This document shows positions 25,342 through 27,461 of a DNA stretch of 27,461 bases, piece by piece. Every line of letters begins with the position of its first letter. Position 1 is the stretch's first letter. The stretch is from positions 1 through 27,461 of the forward strand of contig JAFGCY010000087.1 of NCBI GenBank assembly GCA_016932385.1. The letters are read 5' to 3'. The DNA is from a bacterium. Lineage in GTDB: Bacteria; 4484-113; JAFGCY01. A program made the position numbers and the translations under genes. The notes beneath the pieces are model-generated. The model worked only from the letters and a program-made list of their open reading frames with translations, had not been told where the DNA came from and did no database searches.

Positions 25342-25418
25342 GATTACTCCTAAACGTATTAGTTTATCAATACCGTAACAAAGGAGTTATAACAATTATT
25401 GAGAGTGAATGCACGTGT

Positions 25419-25448
25419 ATTGTATGACGAGCAGTCAATTTAAATTGA
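25419..25448 (-). promoter_or_regulatory. Candidate promoter -10 (TACAAT on the minus strand, 25419..25424) with an adjacent 14-bp perfect palindrome TCAATTTAAATTGA (25435..25448).
   Basis: Read directly from the sequence. The palindrome overlaps the expected -35 position of the small-protein gene promoter, so an operator is possible. No -35 consensus is evident. Confidence 0.3.
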
Positions 25449-25584
25449 ATTTAACTTATAAGGCAATATCATGTAACGCCGGCGGCAACGCGTGTAACCC
25501 CAGGCCGACAAGCCCGCACGCCGGATCGGTGCCGGTCAGGCTGGCATGGGCCGCCTTTGGCGATATTGGCCGCTTCCGCCTGAG

Positions 25585-27153
25585 TTACAGGGGGATATTA
25601 CCGTGCTTGCGGCGCGGGCGGTTGATCACCTTGTTTTTGATCATCTCCAGGCCGCTGATCAGCCGCGGGCGCGTGTCGCGCGGATCGATGACCTCGTCAA
25701 GGTAGCCCACCTCGGCCGCCAGGTACGGATGCAGGTACTCGCCCTTGTATTCGTCCTCGAACTGCTTGGCCAGCTTGGCCATCGCCTCGGGCCCGCCGGC
25801 CTCGTTCAGCTCGCGGCGGCGGGTGATCTTCACCGCGCCCTTGGAGCCCATCACCGCGACCTCGGCCGTCGGCCAGGCCAGGTTCCAGTCACCGCCGACC
25901 TGCCGGCTGCTCATCACGCAGTAGGCGCCGCCGTAGCTCTTGCGCGTGGTGACCAGCAGCTTGGGCACCGTCGCCTCGCAGTAGGCATAAAGCAGCTTGG
26001 CGCCGTGCTTGATTACGCCCATCCATTCCTGGTTCGTGCCCGGCAGGAAGCCCGGCACGTCCTGGAAGGTGACGATCGGGATGTTGAAGGCGTCGCAGAA
26101 GCGGATAAACCGCGCGCCCTTCAGGCTGGAGTTGATGTCCAGCACGCCGGCCAGCTCGCGCGGCTGGTTGGCGACCACGCCGATGCTGTGCCCGCCCAGC
26201 CGGCCGAAGCCGACGATCAGGTTCGGGGCGAACAGCGACTGGACCTCGAAGAAGCTGTCGCGGTCCAGCACCAGGCTGAGGATTTCCTTCATGTCGTAGG
26301 GCTTGTTGGGATCGTTGGGGATCACCGTCGCCAGCCGCTCCTCGCGGCGGCCGGGATCGTCGCCGGTGTCATGGAACGGCGGATCCTCCAGGTTGTTGCC
26401 GGGCACGTAGCTCAACAGGCGCTTGATGTCGTTGATGCACTCCAGCTCGTTCTTGGCCTGGAAGTGCGCCACGCCGCTACGCTGGTTGTGGGTCAGCGCG
26501 CCGCCCAGCTCCTCGAAGGTGACTTCCTCGTTCAGGACTTCCTTGATCACGTCCGGGCCGGTCAGGAACATAAAGCTGGTGTCGCGGACCATGAACACGA
26601 AGTCGGTCAGCGCCGGTGAATAGACCGCACCGCCGGCGCAGGGGCCCATGATCGCGCTGATCTGCGGGATCACGCCGCTGGCCTGGACGTTGCGGTAGAA
26701 AATGTCGGCATAGCCGCCGAGGCTGATCACGCCTTCCTGGATGCGCGCGCCGCCGCTGTCGTTGATGCCGATCAGGGGCAGGCCGGCGCGGGTGCAGGTT
26801 TCCTGGATCTTGCAGATTTTATTGGCGTGGGCGCGGCCCAGGCTGCCGCCCATCACGGTGAAGTCCTGGCTGAACACACCGATGCGCTTGCCGTTGACCG
26901 TACCGAAGCCGGTGATCACGCCGTCGCCGGGCGTCGGGCAGCTGTTGGAACTCACGAACTTGTCGAACTCCTGGAAGCTGTCCTCGTCTAAGAGCAGGGC
27001 CAGGCGCTCCCGGGCGGTAAGCTTCTTGCGCTCGTGCTGCTTGTCGATCGCCTTGGAGCCGCCGCCGAGGCTGGCCTGCTCGTGCAATTCCTTGAGCTTC
27101 TGAATCCGGCGCTCGGTGCCTCCGCCGCCCAGATCGCGATAATCCAATCCCAT
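25585..27153 (-). CDS. Acyl-CoA carboxylase carboxyltransferase beta subunit (propionyl-CoA carboxylase beta or methylmalonyl-CoA carboxyltransferase 12S family).
   Basis: 522 aa. The N-terminus ...GGGSKAIDKQHERKKLTARERLALLLDEDSFQE... and two crotonase-like CT halves are typical of PccB/AccD5. RBS AAGGAGA upstream of the ATG. Confidence 0.85.
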   Translation of the reverse strand: MGLDYRDLGGGGTERRIQKLKELHEQASLGGGSKAIDKQHERKKLTARERLALLLDEDSFQEFDKFVSSNSCPTPGDGVITGFGTVNGKRIGVFSQDFTVMGGSLGRAHANKICKIQETCTRAGLPLIGINDSGGARIQEGVISLGGYADIFYRNVQASGVIPQISAIMGPCAGGAVYSPALTDFVFMVRDTSFMFLTGPDVIKEVLNEEVTFEELGGALTHNQRSGVAHFQAKNELECINDIKRLLSYVPGNNLEDPPFHDTGDDPGRREERLATVIPNDPNKPYDMKEILSLVLDRDSFFEVQSLFAPNLIVGFGRLGGHSIGVVANQPRELAGVLDINSSLKGARFIRFCDAFNIPIVTFQDVPGFLPGTNQEWMGVIKHGAKLLYAYCEATVPKLLVTTRKSYGGAYCVMSSRQVGGDWNLAWPTAEVAVMGSKGAVKITRRRELNEAGGPEAMAKLAKQFEDEYKGEYLHPYLAAEVGYLDEVIDPRDTRPRLISGLEMIKNKVINRPRRKHGNIPL

Positions 27154-27270
27154 CTGCTCTCTCCTTGTCGAAACCGCCGTTTCGTGGAACTGAGATTATA
27201 CATTGAGCAAGCCAACGGTACCGCGCGGTGGTTGGAGCCGCACTCGTGCGGCCTAACTTGCCCATATAAA

Positions 27271-27349
27271 GCAAGCTCCCGTTTAGTAGAGCAAGCCCTC
27301 GTTTAGTAGAGCAAGCCCTCGTTTAGTAGAGCAAGCCCCCGTGCTTGCG
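27271..27349. repeat. Structured intergenic repeat element, copy B. There are about 3.5 tandem copies of the 20-bp unit gtttagtagagcaagccctc, ending in the same 25-nt core and hairpin as copy A.
   Basis: Units at 27281-27300, 27301-27320 and 27321-27340, plus a half unit at 27271-27280. The core 27325..27349 equals 2134..2158. Downstream motifs (tacttaca, cgcacaaccagggg) also recur near copy A. The window ends inside the element. Confidence 0.6.
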
Positions 27350-27461
27350 TTAGGGCAAGTGAAAGTGGAAAGCAAAAGTGAAAGCGACTGGAAACTCAAT
27401 TCTTGCCCAAAGACCTTTCTACTTACACTTTCTACTTTTACTCAATCGCACAACCAGGGGC

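Noticed and set aside
24967-25353. Plus-strand 128-aa ORF overlapping the small-protein gene.
   Set aside because: The translation is Gly/Arg/Ile-rich and low-complexity with no RBS. The minus-strand 72-aa ORF has a strong RBS and a promoter-like upstream region, so the minus-strand gene was kept.
27271-27349. Possible CRISPR array, because of the regular 20-bp direct repeats.
   Set aside because: The units are contiguous with no intervening unique spacers. There are only about 3.5 copies and no cas genes. It behaves as a tandem minisatellite or structured repeat instead.
2134-27349. The identical 25-nt sequences as attL/attR of a ~25-kb integrated element.
   Set aside because: The interval holds core metabolic and transport genes at host-like GC, with no integrase, transposase or phage genes. 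The repeats differ in their flanks (1.5 versus 3.5 units). A dispersed intergenic repeat family is the simpler explanation.
1-27461. tRNA, rRNA or other classical ncRNA genes; transposase or integrase genes.
   Set aside because: No cloverleaf-compatible segments, no rRNA-like conserved stretches, and no ORF with DDE, tyrosine or serine recombinase motifs were seen. The intergenic space is otherwise accounted for by promoters, hairpins and the repeat element.

Overview
The window is a high-GC (roughly 65%) bacterial chromosomal segment with several lower-GC islands (about 1-2400, 13940-14560, 22770-23950, 24960-25560). Most genes are tightly packed, and many adjacent genes have start and stop codons that overlap or abut. 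I can support about 30 protein-coding genes from the sequence.

Genes left to right:
- A subtilisin-like S8 peptidase and a putative lipoprotein sit in an AT-rich island at the left end.
- Three genes with overlapping stop/start codons follow: a TPR-like membrane-anchored protein, a secreted protein with an acidic low-complexity linker, and an ASKHA-fold sugar kinase.
- Then a CinA C-terminal-domain protein, a YidE/YbjL (aspartate:alanine exchanger, AAE) family transporter, and a convergent Na+/dicarboxylate symporter.
- A minus-strand mevalonate-pathway operon encodes IDI-2, then a single 764-aa polypeptide that fuses a class II HMG-CoA reductase to a mevalonate kinase, then a mevalonate (di)phosphate decarboxylase homologue. 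There is no phosphomevalonate kinase in the operon.
- A plus-strand cassette starts with two tandem small DUF4177 proteins. It continues with a short GntR(YtrA-like) regulator plus two paralogous bacterial PH-domain membrane proteins, then a second short GntR regulator plus a small membrane protein and an SPFH/stomatin protein.
- A secreted beta-lactamase-fold serine hydrolase follows.
- A minus-strand locus reads, in transcription order: a strongly initiated 72-aa aromatic-rich protein, an ECF sigma factor, a single-pass anti-sigma factor with a large unclassified extracytoplasmic domain, an orphan ABC ATPase, and two tandem paralogous soluble helical proteins.
- An acyl-CoA carboxylase carboxyltransferase beta subunit is at the right end.

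A 25-nt exact repeat with a hairpin and flanking 20-bp tandem units occurs at about 2.1 kb and again at about 27.3 kb. There are no tRNA, rRNA or CRISPR features. The most interesting candidates for undescribed biology are the small-protein/ECF-sigma/anti-sigma/orphan-ABC/paralog-pair locus, the duplicated GntR-plus-membrane-protein cassette with DUF4177 and SPFH genes, the HMGR-MK fusion, and the dispersed structured repeat.
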